Below, piece by piece: positions 41,911-57,090 of a DNA stretch of 64,000 nt. Every line of letters starts with the position of its first letter. Position 1 is the first letter of the stretch. The stretch is from the human T2T-CHM13v2.0 reference genome, Homo sapiens. A program made the translations under genes and the position numbers. The stretch lies in the NCBI RefSeq assembly GCF_009914755.1, contig NC_060933.1; one strand, 5' to 3'. The notes beneath the pieces are model-generated. The model was not told where the DNA came from. It did no database searches and was given only the letters and a program-made list of their open reading frames with translations.

Positions 41911-43251
41911 CATTTGGTCTGGCGTATTCTCCCATATTTTTTGTCACCCTAATTTTAAGGTTTTAAATTCCCTAAGAAATTTTGGAAGGTTTAAAGGCAG
42001 AAGTGGCCTGAAGAAACTGGTTATTCCTGTTTTTTTTTTGGTGAAGTCTCAACCCATTCAAGAGATCCTTCAGGCATCCTGATGAGGAAGGTGAAAGCGT
42101 CCTGTTTGGAAGCTGCAAATTTCCAAAGGAGTCTGAGAAGTCTTGAGTCTGAGAAGTCATCTCTGACCGTAAAGAAGGGATGGTTGTGGGTGCCACATGG
42201 AGAGGGGAGATCCTGGCCATGGCTAGCTTCACACTTACATTGGGCCTTTTTTTGTTCCATTTATGACCGAATAATAAACTTTGATTTTTTTAAAAAACTG
42301 AATGTTGTTCAAATACTGGTTCCAAGGACAGCAGAACAAAGGAGGTCTTGGGAAACTGGGTTTGGACTCTGTATCTTCCATGACTGACTAAATGACTTTG
42401 GGCTCCGATGACTGGATGCAGTCAGGGTAACTGGAAATAAGATATTTTCCAGAGGCTGGTGGCTGGCCATTCTCCAAGTGCTGTCACCCCAGATAACCAC
42501 CTCCATTTCTTCCTTTCCAAAATCAAAGAGCCAAGATAGCTTGGATAAAGATTAAGCATAGCTGTGTGACCCTAGGCACATCACGTAACCTCTTTGCTTT
42601 TTCTTAGAAAATGAGGTTAACAATGGTCAGCTTTCTGAAGACACAGGTGTTAAAATGAAAACCACTTTAACGTCTTTTTTGGTGAAAACTATAACAAAAA
42701 TGAAATGAGGTCTGTATCTTTCTTGCTATAGTCAAGATGATGGATAAAAATATGTTTTTTTCAGTTCACTTATCCTATTAACAAATGTTAAATTACAGTG
42801 TTATTCTATTAGTAATTTAGGCACATAGAGAAAATGAGGCTATAGTTTAACACAGAGTTTCCTTCCTCCAAGACACAGTGCAATCAAACTCACTGAAATG
42901 AACAGAATCATTCTCAGTCTACATGTTGGGCCTATGAGTACATAAACAGATATGATTCGATCCTGCTGAGAATTAAATTTCTAAAAGAATTGCGAGGGAA
43001 ACATTGATTGAGATAATGGTTGCACTTTTCACTATTGACATGAAAGGTTTTAGTCTTAATAATTTTGAAAGTATTTCCCTAAGGGTTCTGTTTTCCAAAA
43101 CAGTCCTTTATGCATTTGTCATTCTCAAGTTCACCTAATCCTGCGCTTCATAATGAGAGTTCCATGGAACTCCAGTTCTGAAGAATGTTAAAAGAAAATA
43201 CATAAAGAAAAAGAAAAAAGCTTTCTTTCATCAAGCTTGGTATATATTGGG

Positions 43252-43514
43252 TGTCTTAGTCTATCTGGACTGCTATACCAAAGTACCTTATACCAGGTGA
43301 TTTATAAACAATAGATATTTCTTGCTTATGGTTCTGGAGGCTGGGAAGTCCAAGATGTGCCAACAGATTTAGTGTCCGGTGAGGACCTGTTCCTCACAGA
43401 TCATGTTTTCTTTGTGTCCTCACATGGTGGAAGGACAAAAAGGTTCTCTCAAGTGTCTTTTATAAGGGTTTAAACATGAGTTTGTGGGGGAGGGGGCGCA
43501 TTCAGACCATAGCA
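43252..43514 (-). mobile_element. MLT1A-type solo LTR with internal deletion
   Basis: tgtcttagtc...ggttctggaggctgggaagtccaagat...ttcagaccatagca; flanked by tattggg on both sides. Confidence 0.85.
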
Positions 43515-44119
43515 TATTGGGTAAACAAAGTCACTTTTCTATAGTACAGTACGTCTTAGAAACTTTAACATTTTAATATTCATTATGGATCTTTAAGAAG
43601 AGGATATACTATGGAAGCATTACTAAAATGTATTTTACCAAAGAAATATTTGTTTCAAAGAGCGTCTCCTATAAATGGTGGAACACACTGTGGGGAACTC
43701 TGGTTTGGACATAAGAGTTTTAAAATCTAAATTCTTAGCCTGGATGGCTTGTACTTCCACAGCGTATAGTCATTGATCCTTTTGTTAATCCCTGTAACGC
43801 TTGGACACAAATAGTGGCAGCTATAGAAAGGCAGAGCTAAGAAAGGGGCTGAGCAAAGGAAACGTTTTTAGATGACCAAGATGGGGAAGTTAGGTCTTTG
43901 TGCAGGAAGTCATAGATATTTTGGAAGCCCGAGCCAGAGACACACATGGGAAACTGCAATCATATCTGATAGATAAAGTCAAGCACAATCCCTGGTCCCA
44001 GACATCAGCTACACAAATGTACACAGGATAATATCTTTTGGAGAGGACTTGAAGACTTAAAAGAAATAGCCAATTTCCCACCATCAAAGGGAAACTGCCC
44101 AAGGACAGCCAAATGTTGA

Positions 44120-44660
44120 GGCTTTAAAATAAATTTTTTTTATGTAGAAATAATGTGTTGTCACTGGAGAAGATTTGGGGAAGGAGAGTAGATTAAAGAA
44201 AATAGAAATTATTTGTCCCTCTACTATTCAGCTATTTGCTGTATATCCTTTCAGTCTTTTCTCTATATGTATAAACATATATATCTTTTGTATATTATAT
44301 ATATATAAATTTTAATGACTTTCCCATTTTATCTTAGCTCATTAGAATGCCTCCTCATTAAAAATCTTTGAAATCACACTTTACAGTGGTTACAAAATAT
44401 TTCATCATATGGATTTATGGTAATTTCTGTTTTTGAACTTTTAAGTTGTTTTCTAATTTTTCACTATTATAAATAGAGCTATTGTGAATATCCCTGCACA
44501 TAAATCTTTGTCTGCATTTGTTTATTTCCTTAGGATGGATTCCTAGAAGTGGAATTACTGTATCTAATGGCTTGGATTTTTTCAAAGCTCTTTATACACT
44601 AAAACCTAATAGCTTGCCAGAATATTCATATCAATCTACACTCATATGGCATATGAAAAT
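44120..44660 (-). mobile_element. Old L1ME-like fragment
   Basis: ttttcactattataaatagagctattgtgaatatcc...ttcctagaagtggaattactg. Confidence 0.6.
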
Positions 44661-45084
44661 GGACAAAGAAATAATGACGATAGTAGTTTAGGTATCTCTA
44701 AATAAAAGCATCCAAAGGAATTCTTCACCCCAAATTGTGAGAAGATAAAGAATTTGTCAGGAAATTATTATACTCACTCTTTATTAAAAATTCTGTACAT
44801 TTTATCATAGAAATATGTATATATCAATTTACAGTTTTGTCAGCGAAACAGTTGAGAGTCTAAGTAATAATGATGAATTGCTATATTTAGTTCTAACATT
44901 TTTTTATCTTTGCTCTGTGAAACTCATTACCCCATGATCTGCTCTAAACTGGGGTTTCCGCTTTGAGAATTTTGGGGTTTTAGTCATAGATTTGCTTAAA
45001 ATGAAGTTTTTGTTATTATCTATCAATTTTGGATACTTAATACCCTCTCATTTGCTTACTTCTCTGTTCTTAGACCACACCTTT

Positions 45085-45440
45085 ACACTTGTTTCCTCCT
45101 CCAGAAAACACTTACTTTCTCCTCCAGAAATTATTTCTCCATATATTTTCTCATTGACTCTCTCATTTCATTTAGATCTCTGTTCAAATATCACGTCTAA
45201 AAGAGCATACTTCCTGCCTCACTCTTTACACTGCTTTATTTTTTCCTGGTAAATATGATTTGAATTGGTGTTATACATTTATTTTCTATTTGTGTGTTAT
45301 TCTCCCTCTCCTCACAAGAATTAAAACTCCATGAAGGCAGAAACTAGGAGTGCATTATCTGCTACTGTATCCCTAACATATCCATAGTGTCTGGCACTTG
45401 GTAGTGGCTCAAAAATATTTGATGAATGAAAGAATAAAAT
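45085..45440 (+). mobile_element. L2 3' end
   Basis: aaactccatgaaggcag...agtgtctggcacttggtagtggctcaaaaatatttgatgaatgaa. Confidence 0.75.
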
Positions 45441-45905
45441 AACTTTCCCTACCTTTGACCAAAGCTGTTTACCTGTTGAATTTGCTAAGGAAAACATTTG
45501 TGTAGCTGTAACTTTTTGTAAGTACAGCAGTCTATATTTGCCTTGTTCCTGGACTGTGTCTTTTTTCCTATAAGACCAGAGGTTTTAGTCACAGGCAATG
45601 CTGAAAGGAAGAACACTTAAACACCATTTAATGAGAAGAGCCATTTCCTGCTTAACGTCTAATCTGTAAATTGATCTCCAACTGAACAGAAGTATGGATA
45701 CCGCAATGCTTTATGTTCAACATTTTTTACATCTGCCTGGACTCAGGGGTCCTATTATTTACTTATGTTATATCTGATATCATGAGGCTGGACAAAAAGC
45801 CAGATCTAGAATAGATCTGTGGTGACAGGGATGCGGGGTGGGAGACATGGGAATCTGGTCAGTATGAGTAATGTTCTCTGTGTTTGTGGTGCTTCGAATA
45901 TCTTC

Positions 45906-45908
<3 letters not shown>

Positions 45909-45943
<35 letters not shown>
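45909..45943. repeat. (TC)n microsatellite
   Basis: Direct reading. Confidence 0.9.
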
Positions 45944-47475
45944 AATCTCAAGGAACAGCCTCCTACTTCTATGTAGATTTGAAGTTGACATTCAATTGAC
46001 CCCATCATTTATGATTAAAGGCTGAGAAAATATGACATGAAATATGGTTTTGGGTTGAAGTTATGAGTTTTATTAGTTTCATTGTCTCTACCCAGGAAAC
46101 TAGTAAAAATGACTTAATTCTTCAGTCTTAGTTACTTCATCAGAAAAATGAAAAATTATATTGACCTCTGAGTAACTGTAATTCAAATATTCTAAGATTA
46201 TGATCTATGGCAGAGCTTCCCAAGTGTTTTCTATGGAATTATGAATTGCACAAGATGTCCCTACAGAGCAGAAGGGTCGACAGATTCCATTGGATAAGGA
46301 CAAATAAGTCAGAGAGAGTCAGCATGTCATAGCCCCTTAAGAAATGCAGATCATGCATTAGCATATTAAGTATTAATCTATAATAATTATAGATCCCCAT
46401 TCCATCTTATTTATAGACTAAAGATTTTCAATCTTTTATATTTGTTCCTATAAGGAGTAGCACAATTTCTTTGATATTTTATGTTTCTTCTCCTTAGCAT
46501 GTTCAGATAAATTACAAATTTCTTAAAATTTAATGGTTGAAACTATATACTTATTTGGGTAGAAGATATGGCTTGGATACATATAAGGCAATATTCTGTT
46601 GGTTTTATGTATCCTTCCTGATTAGAGCCAAAATTTTATTATCTCTTGCAGTAGCAGCAGTTGACTGAAGCAATCCCTTTGGGGAACATCTTCAGACATC
46701 TCTCTTAAAACTTCTTCCTTAGAATCTACCCCCATAAAATGTTTTCACTCTGCAGCCAGGACCGGAAAGGATAACTCATTTCTTCTCCCACCTAATATCC
46801 TTTTTAAGAAATGGAAGTTACCACTTAGATTTTTCCTTGTTCAGAATAAACATCCCTAGGTCCTTTACCTCAGAGGTAGCAAAGTATTGGCCTATGAACC
46901 TCCTGCTCAAGTTCGGAGACGGTTTGTTTATTTCACACAGGGATTTTGCTGTTGTTGTTTGTTTTATTAATTGAGCCAAGACATAAAAATTCGGAAGTTT
47001 TATATAAATACCCAAATTTCAATTTTCACTTGAAAAAATAAGGAGTAGTAGTGACACTGGGTAAACATTTCTACAGATGGTAATTGGCTAGCGGAGGGTG
47101 GTGCTGCCCCCTTTAAAACAGCATAGGTTTTCCGGTGTGCCATAGTCCCCATCGCTCCCATTGTGCTGCATCTCCTGAGAGAGACTATCAGTTTTTCTTT
47201 ATCCTCAAGCTTACACTGATTTTCTCCCTAATAGTAGAGAAATATTTTTCTGCTTCTATTCTATTTCAGGTATTTATATGAGTGATCTGGGTACTGTAAA
47301 TACTTGAGTGGACAACTCCTGCTTTAAATCTTGCACAAATGACTTGGTGTCAAATTTTTTTCCATTCTGATTTCTCTCTTCTGAGTGAGGATTGTAGCCT
47401 TTGTTTGCCTTAAATGTACCCATAAATGAACACAGTTTTCCTGAGGTTGTCCAGCCAAAATACATTACAACATGT

Positions 47476-47824
47476 TGTTATGGACTGGGTTGTGTCCAGA
47501 TTCATATGTTGAAACCCTAACCCCAAATGTGACTGTTTTTAGAGATGGGCCTTTGGGAGGTAATTAGGTTTAGATGAAGTAATGAGGGTGAGGACCCCAT
47601 GTTGGCATCAATTCCCTTTTAAGAAGAGACACCAGAGAGTTTGCTTCCCTCTATGTCCACCATATGAGGAGACAGCAAGGAGGAGGTAAGGAAGAGGCCT
47701 TCACCAGGAGCAGAAGTGGCTTGCACCTTGAGCTTCAGAACTGTGAGAAACCAAATTTCCATCGTTTAAAAACCACGCAGGGCTATGGTATTTTATTATG
47801 GGACCCCATAGTGACTAATATACA
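47476..47824 (+). mobile_element. MLT1A-type solo LTR
   Basis: tgttatggactg...ttcatatgttgaaaccctaacccc...cagaactgtgagaaa...gactaatataca. Confidence 0.88.
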
Positions 47825-48526
47825 AATATAGCCGAAGATTATTTACATGATATTAAGCAGATGATGAAACGAGAGAGTAGTAAGTCTGCCGAAAAAGCTA
47901 AGCTATTTTTAAGCATGCTACTATTAAGCCAGGGCTCCCCTATCCAGCCCTTATTTAGTGGTTTTTCATCCCAAAGGAGAGCACCTTAAACATATCTTAA
48001 GTCACCTGGTAAGATGTGCTTCAGTGGTTAGGAGAGCACAGGATATGCATTCAGAAGAACTGGGATATGGTCTAGGCTTTTGCCTTTATTAGCTGTGTGC
48101 TGTTGGTTATATCTTTGTACTCTGGGTCATAATTTTCACATCTGTAGCAAAATTGATGGCATTATACTACTGTGACCCAAAATAAAACAGCTTTGTCTTA
48201 TAGAGCTTGTTCCAGCTCTGAAAATAATGTATTGGTTTAAAAGAATTCTCCTATGGTATGTTTCTTTAACTTTCCAATGCTTCAGCACATTCCTGAATTT
48301 AGCCTGACACTCTCTTAAAAGTTTATGCCGTTTCTAAAGTCTTCCTGGTTGGAGGCCTTCCTGGTCACTTTTTGTACATACTCTTCTTCTAGCCTGAACT
48401 TACCAGAGAAATTCTTCTGCTTTATATACCTCTATTTTTTTCGTTGAGAACAGCTATGAAAAAATATTTGATTTTTGATATCTTTCCACTATTGTCTGCC
48501 GGTTTTCTTTTTGAGATGTTTTTTAG

Positions 48527-48678
<152 letters not shown>

Positions 48679-51600
48679 TAGAATTATCCCTTTTGCGTGT
48701 TTACTTGTGTATTTGTTTTGATCTTCTCTTACTCTCCTGATATCTAGGGTACTCCATTTAATTATGCTTAGCTTTTCTGTCTCCTCATTATCAAGTTACT
48801 AAAGATTACATGGTCATATTATCCCAATCTACCAAAAAGAGAATCTAAACATTAACTTAAGATCATTGTACTTTCTCTACCTTTGGGGACTAGAAATCTT
48901 AAGTGAAGGAAGTCAGAAACTGGCCAGATGCTTTGCTTTTAGCCAAATCAGATTTCCAGTAAATACTTCTAATCATTCCCAGATACTCCGATTTTAGTGA
49001 AATGCTATTACATACTCAATGGCCGATCAATAGAAGCTTTAATAATAGTTAAGAGATAGGGTAATTACAGTCTGAAATTGTAAGCCAAAGGTCTCGGTTT
49101 AAGGAAAAGACTCAGCATGCAGGAAAATAGTGTCCACTTTCTATATTCTCATGCACCCTAAGCCCTGGCCAGAGTAATAGCTGTTTACATTTTGCCTAAG
49201 GATGCAAGGGTTGGTCTCATGAAAACCTGAGATGACCATTGACCCAATGTTTTGACCTCCTCTTGAGCTTCTTCCTATCCCTGCCTCCCATATGTTCTGT
49301 TCTGTGACAGCTAAGAAGCCAAGGCAAGGGTGGGACTTTTCTGGGAGGCAATTTACAGTCAAGCCTGCACATGAGCAGCAGCACAAGGAACTGGGCATCA
49401 CACAGAAACTCACTGAATCAGATCTACTTCTTTTGCAGACTCAAATGACTTAGACTTAGGAAGTTGGGTGGTGCTTGGAAGTGAACCCTGCAAATTTTGC
49501 CCCTGCCTATCTCTCTGCATGCAGTGACGTTTATCCAAGGCACAGGAAGAGTCTGCAGCTGAGAGAGTCCTGAAAAGAGGTCAATCCTAGAAATGTCACG
49601 TCTATGAATTTTGAAATCAAAGACATGCTAAGAGAAAGCACAATAACTATAAAACATACGTCTGACTTTCTGATTTCTTACCTTGTTATTGTGTCATGAC
49701 ATTGTGTTATCATAACCCAGATTCCCTTCAAATTCTTCATTACGTTCACAGCCATGATACCGGTCCTTATTGCAGGGCCTAAATACCTGCTGCTAGTTAG
49801 TGGGATGCACATTTGGCGACAGATCTCCTCGTTCTCGTTCATTCTGTAGGACTAATCTGCAGTTTTGACTAGTAGACAGTAGTTCATGTGTAAAGCTGCC
49901 TCACGTGATAAGCACAACCTAGTAGATATAGTATGTCTCTCTACTCCCAAGAGAATGGTATGCCCCCATGGCCTTGATCTAGTATCAAGTTAAAATCATT
50001 GGCAAGGCAATATAGTAAAACTCACATCACGGCTGGCCACATCCTATTAGGGATCTCAAAAATAAAAGTAGAGAGCTCTATAATTTTCACCTTTAATATA
50101 AAAGCAATAAGCAGCTACATTGAAAAGCACAGTAATGGCCTAATTGTTTGTTGTCAGTCCTACCATATGAAAAAAATTGCCTAGAAGAATTTAAAAACAG
50201 CTTATGTGCTGAATATAAAGAAACCTAACATTTTATTGCTTCTCAACATGGTTTCATTACATTTCAAAGCAAGCTTTCTCTTTTTTAAACAAATGTATGT
50301 GAGATACTACATGTGTGTCTACTAGGTAAAATGTTAAGTGTATCCATGTTACTTCGACTGCATTGTTACTCAAAGTTGAAACTACTCACTTATCCCACAT
50401 TCATTTTTTTTTCATTCTCTTCAAAGAATATTTTTTGTCATAAACCAATGGAAATTGGGATATTTCTATGTTTTAAATTACATTTGCCATTATTTTATAC
50501 TATAGTTTTCTACAATCTGAGTTCTTAAAAGTTTGTTTAAAAATTGTATTTGAAAGCCATTTTGAATATATGTGCTGGTTAAAACATGATTAATGTGATC
50601 ACTTCTTAGTCAGATAGTTTTCATTAAACTTTACGGCAAGAACCCTGGAATGGAGATTTCAGACTGTGTACCTTTAACTCAAAATGGGACTAAATTTAAT
50701 ATTGGATTAACAGGTCATTTGTTGTTTAACGATGTAAAAGTTCCAGTAAAAATAATGGCTCATGAAACCTTAAAATATACTTAATACAACATTTTGAAAG
50801 GTAGAAATCTTATTTTCCTTCATGGGCACTTAGAATTATAGTTGAAGGAGCCCAGGAATATAAATAGAACTTTTTCTCCTGAGTAGAGGTGTTACCCTCC
50901 ACCTGGCTCACTTCCCACTCAGGTAATTACACCAGGCCTTTTGAAATTATCCCTGAAGTTCTAATTAGACACAATCTTCTTTGCCTCCTGTTGTAAACTG
51001 CTGCTTTGAGTCTTGCTCTGGGGTAGGTTTCATATCCATGCCCCTTCCCCTTCTTCCTGACTATTCTTGTGACTTTGCTAATTAATGCTCAGAATAACAC
51101 TATGTGATCTGAAAGGGGCTATGGAAGTGCAATGTCTTATTATCTCCACCACTGACACTTTAACAAGGCTTCTGCCTTGTTAAGCAAGGGGAAGTTGAGA
51201 AGGAAAGAATCAACATTCCATGACATCTATACCACCAGTGATATTGCTTGTTTTTCCCATGAATACTTCTCTAGCAGCTATTAGGCCCTCTGGAAGAGGG
51301 AGCTTTGAACCAGATGCTGAATCATTTTGCAAGTGTGAATGATGTTATTAACAGCTCACTGTATAAGGGTAACACCTGCAGCAGTGAATTATCTTAATCA
51401 GTTTTATAAAATATTTTAAAAATCATGTCAATAAAGTACCAAAACCAAGGGAGAATTTCCTTTGAAACAAAGAAGAACAAAATCATGAAATGTGCATGTT
51501 TGCAAATTTATAATAATTTTCCTGCAGTTTTTTTTCAAGAGCTGTTCAGATACAGCCTATATCATCTTGGAAGTTTATATAAAAATTTTCTGGAAATGCA

Positions 51601-51788
51601 TACAAACAGTACATTATCTCTGTTGTGGCTGCCTTAAAATCATTATCTAAAATATGAAATATATGCATATAAGTGTATATGAAAGGTGATGACCTTAAGG
51701 CAGCCCTAACAGAGGGTTTACATACTAATATGTGTGTGTGTCATAAATTTGTCTAATATACTTGCTGCCTTTTCACCCATTTTTAGTC

Positions 51789-52652
51789 TGCTATAAGTTG
51801 TTCAAACCCTGTTGTGCCCTGTCACCCTTGACCTAGTTAAATCTTTTTCTTCCTGTGTGGTTGCTTATGATGTAGCCTCCTCGTTCCTCATATCAGTTAC
51901 CCCAAACCCCAAACACATCATAGATGCCGACCACAATAAAACCTTAATGGTCAACACCAGGGTCACGTAAATAAGGTCCTCCCTTTGTATGTGTTTTCTT
52001 TCTTTAAACTAGCCAATCCACAACTTCTAAGAGAAAGCCTGTGGGATCATGCCCATCAACCTTAATAAACACTTAGTCCCACAAATTCTCTCTGTCCCTC
52101 TGTCCTTCTCCCTCTGCTATCTCCCTCTCCTTTTTCCTTCTCTCCCTCTGCTTTTTCCTTCCCTCCCTCATTTCTTCTTTTTCCTTCTACCTGCCATCAC
52201 CCTCTGGCTTAACTCCCTGCTGCGTCAGGATTTCCCCATCAGTTCCCCTAAGCATTCCAGGACCCGTAAGTGATAACAGTCTTCTGTTACATACATTTTA
52301 GTTTCATTTCCTCATTGGGTCTCACTTGAAACATATATTCCTGAACCTAACATTCTTTCCGGTCCGGGTTCTTTTTTAGACAGTGGCTATCTTGGTAGGA
52401 ACAAACTAGACACAGGTCAGACGAGACTCACAAGGGCATCTGCCAGTGTAAGTAAGATTCCTGTGAAAGGGATACCTGGCCTCAGGTCACTTGGGTATTA
52501 GGCCTTCTGCCAGGATAAAGAAGTATCCCATTTAAGACACACCATAAACATTTGCAACCAAATCCCTTGAATTTCTAGTCAGGGCGGGGGCTAGAGCTTA
52601 TGGCCACTCTCAAAAAGAAAAACCAAGACTAATTTAGAAAGGAGGTATAACA
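51789..52652 (+). mobile_element. MER54-like ERVL LTR
   Basis: gtggctatcttggtagga...gacacaggtcagac...ccaggataaagaagtatccc...gctagagcttatggccactctc...tataaca resembles recalled MER54A. Confidence 0.7.
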
Positions 52653-53808
52653 AATAGAAATAATAATATCCATCAAAACTAGAAAAAACTAAAAATTCTA
52701 CAAGAGGAGCAATGCTCTCTTTATGTGTTTGACAGTCTAAGAAAATATATTACTCTGCAAAATTTTATGTGTCAGATAAGAAAAATTGAGAGAAACTGCC
52801 CCAGAATATGCTTTTATTGAAATTATGTCTCTTTGAGATGTTCAGAAATGCTTTAGATTATAGGGTTGAGATATGTCATAAAAGGAATTAAAAATAATCT
52901 CTAATTTTAGTAAGTGGCTAGAGTTTGCATTGTTTTCAACTACTTTTTGATAAATTCCAAGGTTTGGACACTGAGCTTTTCTATATAACACTACTGACAG
53001 AATTAAAATGACATGCCACAAAAGGAGTAATTCAGCAATTTAAACTCTTTAACAGGGATAATGAAGTGAGAGTTTCTGGAAAAAATACCTTGTGGGTTAG
53101 TTCTTTGCCAGCAATCTCCTCTTACTTGGAGAAAGATCTAAACTGTTAGCGGTTTTAATTTTTCAATCAATTATGTGACTATTTTTCTTATTTTCTGCTG
53201 GGAAAAAATGGTGGGCTATTTCTTAGTCTCCAAAGGTGGTCAGTATGGAATTAAAACATGACAAGATTAAAGCCAGCCCTCGTAGATTACAAGAAGAGAC
53301 TTATACATTACAGATGCAAATTCTGAGGCACTGGCCTTGGACATCACAGTGTTATTACCAATTATATTCTGGTCAAGAAGGTAAGTGCATGGAAAGTGAA
53401 AAGGGGGCAAAAACTGCTGGGCCATGTTGTGCTGCCATCAGACATTGAAATTTTGTTCAACTTTCTTCCTCTGTCGTTAGTGCAGTGTACGATTCCAAAA
53501 CCAGGACATGAACTGGATGGTTACTCTGGTGATCTGGCACATACTTTGTAAATATTTACATCATAAAATTTAGAGCCTAACATTTAGCTATGATGTTGAC
53601 ACTCCAGTATGACACTTCCAAATGTTCCCTCACATTGGATCAAGGCAAATAATTTAAAAAAAGGAAATTATTTGAAGAAAAAAGACAGGATTATAATGAA
53701 TTAAATACTTCCCAATACCTACATCAAGTTGGCTTTTAATTCACAATATCAAAATATCTGGGCAGTTCAGGATCCCACATTTCCATGGAGAAGGCACTCG
53801 TCTACTTG

Positions 53809-54000
53809 GGAGGCAGCATGATGTAGTGGAAAGAACATGACTTTGAGGCTCATAGACCCGGATTCACATCCTAGCTCATATGCTTAATAGCTCCATAAAC
53901 TTAGGCAAGTTACTTTCTCTCAGTTACAGTTTTCTCATTTTAAAAACACCTTCTTTGCAGTGTCTTGTGAGGACTAGACGTGGTGATGGAGAATACGTTG
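53809..54000 (+). mobile_element. MIR
   Basis: ggcagcatgatgtagtggaaagaacatgactttg...ttaggcaagttactt. Confidence 0.78.
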
Positions 54001-54278
54001 CAGTTTGCATACTATATGCTGGGAAATCAAGAATGACACCAATACAGATGTTTTCTCTTCATTAAAACTGGCTGAATTATTCTATCTCATTGATTGAATT
54101 GAGTTCATTTAGCAATGGCAGCAAAATATTAATACTTCTAAATAACATGTCTTACAGTACATCACCTGGTATGTAAAACACAATCGTCTCTCAATTACTA
54201 CCCCCTGTTTCTTTAACAGTATTTAAATTTTTATTTTGAACTTTAAAGAATGTAAGCATAATCAATACATTTACCTTC

Positions 54279-54710
54279 TGTATCAGTTAAGTGTCAAGAT
54301 GGAAGGAACAGCAGTCTCAAGATAATGCAAAGAGTTTATTCATCCAGAGGTGATTTATAAAGATGAGAGAGGATTAGGGGAATTGCATGTAAGAGTACAG
54401 GAACCTGGGTCCAGCTGCAGTGGGAATGTCACCATTTCTAACCCCAAATCAAAGCAAAGAAAAAAGGGAAAAGTTATAGGAAATTAAAGGAATTGTATAT
54501 TTCTTTCTCCCCTTGTTTGAGCCTAGCAGTGACCATATATTGAAGAATACAGTTAATCCCAGGTGAGTCTTAGAAAGACAGCAAGGGGAAAAAGTACAGA
54601 TGATCTTTCTTAGCTCCCTCTCTCTGATCTGCCAGGGCTCCTGATTGGCTAAACTCACCCAGAAGCCACAGGGCTCAGGTTCCTGATGATACAATCCATT
54701 CAGGTCAGCC
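54279..54710 (-). mobile_element. Old ERVL LTR fragment (LTR33/41-like)
   Basis: tgtatcagttaag start; attggctaaactcacccagaagccacaggg...tccattcaggtcagcc. Confidence 0.45.
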
Positions 54711-54732
54711 TTGTATAGAAAATGTTGTAACT

Positions 54733-55250
<518 letters not shown>

Positions 55251-55752
55251 TCAAAATAACCAAGATATGGAAACAACTGAAATGTTCATAGATGAATATA
55301 GATGAAAAATGTGGTGTGTATATGTACTATTATATAAGGATGAATATTATTCCATTATGTATTTGTATTTAATATTTACTATGTATAACAAACTTTATTC
55401 AGTCTTAGAAAGAAGGAAATCCTCTCATTTGCAACAACACGGATGAACCTAGAGGACACTATGTTAAGTGAAATAAGCCAGACACAGAGAGACAAATACT
55501 GCGTCTCTCTTTTATGTGGAATCTGAAAGCATCAGACTGATAGAAACAGAGAGTAGCAAGGTAGCTGCCTGGGGATGGGGGGATGAGGAAATGGGGAAAT
55601 TTTGTTCAAAGGATACATTTATTTTCACTTATAAGACAAATAAGATCTGGAGATCCCATGCACAACAGAGTAACTATGGTTAATAATACCATATTGCATA
55701 CTTGAAATTTGATAAGACATTACCTTAACTGTCCCTAGCATGAGCACGTGCA

Positions 55753-55796
<44 letters not shown>

Positions 55797-55879
55797 GAGG
55801 GGTTGGATAGATTAATTAGCTTGATTGCAGTAATCACTTCACAATATATATGTTTATCAAAACAATATGTTGTATACCT
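55251..55879 (+). mobile_element. L1MA/MB 3' region with (CA)n
   Basis: tcatttgcaacaacacggatgaacctagaggacactatgttaagtgaaataagccag; attaattagcttgattg. Confidence 0.85.
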
Positions 55880-55880
55880 C

Positions 55881-56315
55881 TGATATTGTGATATAATAAG
55901 AAATACATATTTGATCTCTGCCCTTGGTTCCTGGCAGACAACTCCAAAAACCCTTGGAATTTCAAGTGACAAATGTCTTTTTGGATGCTAATGAGGTGAC
56001 TCCTGGCTGAAGGCTCCAAGATAACCTCAGGATGGAGCCAGGCTGGTTGCCAGAAGAGCCAACCATGTAATTAGAGGGTTGGAACTGTCAGTCCCACCCC
56101 CAATCTCCAGGGAGGGGAGAGAGGCTGAAGGTTGAGTTGATCACCAGTGGCTAATGATGTGATCACCAATCGCTAATGATATGATCAACCATGCTTATGT
56201 AATGAAGCCTCCTTTATAAAAGCCCAAAAGGATACCGGTTGGGGAGGTGCTGAGGCACCTGGAGAGGTCATGGAAGCTTCTCACCCTTTCCACATGCCTT
56301 ACACTATTCATCTCT
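55881..56315 (+). mobile_element. MER21 LTR 5' part
   Basis: tgatattgtgatataataagaaat...ctggttgccagaagagccaaccatgtaattagagggttggaact. Confidence 0.8.
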
Positions 56316-56426
56316 CAGTGTTTCCCCCCTGAGGAAAAAAAAGTGGGTCCTCTAAACTTTTCCGGAGAGAAACAAAAGTGATGAAGAAAGAGGAGGGCAG
56401 GAAGTAGAGACAGTAGCATAGTACGT

Positions 56427-56685
56427 CCAGGCTGGAGTACAGTGGAGCAATCTTGTCTCACTGTAACCTCTGCCTCCAGGACTCAAGCAATACTCACACC
56501 TCAGCCTCATGAATAGCTGGGACTACAGGCATGTGCCACCATGCCTGGCTAATTTTTGTATTTTTTGTAGATTTAGGGTTTTGCCATATTAGCCAGGCTG
56601 GTCTCAAATTCCTGGGCTCAAGCAATCTGCCTGCCTCGGCCTCCCAAGGTGCTGGGATTACAGGAGTGAGTCACTGCGCCTGGCC
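56427..56685 (-). mobile_element. AluJ lacking its 3' end and tail
   Basis: J-type ctgggctcaagcaatc; starts abruptly at ccaggctggag. Confidence 0.9.
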
Positions 56686-56843
56686 AACAGTAGCCATTTT
56701 TGATAAGAGGATCTCCAGAAGCTACTGTGGATAGAATAAATGAGGAGGTAGGACAAATCTTCCTGTTAGAGTGATGAAAGGAAAGGTCAGTCTTCTCCAC
56801 AGTTCTAAAATGTCCAAATATCTACCACATATTCCATTTTTCA

Positions 56844-57071
<228 letters not shown>

Positions 57072-57090
57072 TCAGGGAATTATAACCTTT

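Noticed and set aside
53314-53380. Plus-strand 67-nt exon candidate ending AAG|GTAAGT
   Set aside because: Weak pyrimidine tract, not frame-preserving and no recognisable peptide; isolated donors occur by chance.
56138-56187. 22-bp tandem repeat, and other short direct repeats, as a CRISPR-like or functional array
   Set aside because: Only two adjacent units without spacers inside a MER21 LTR; ordinary slippage duplication.
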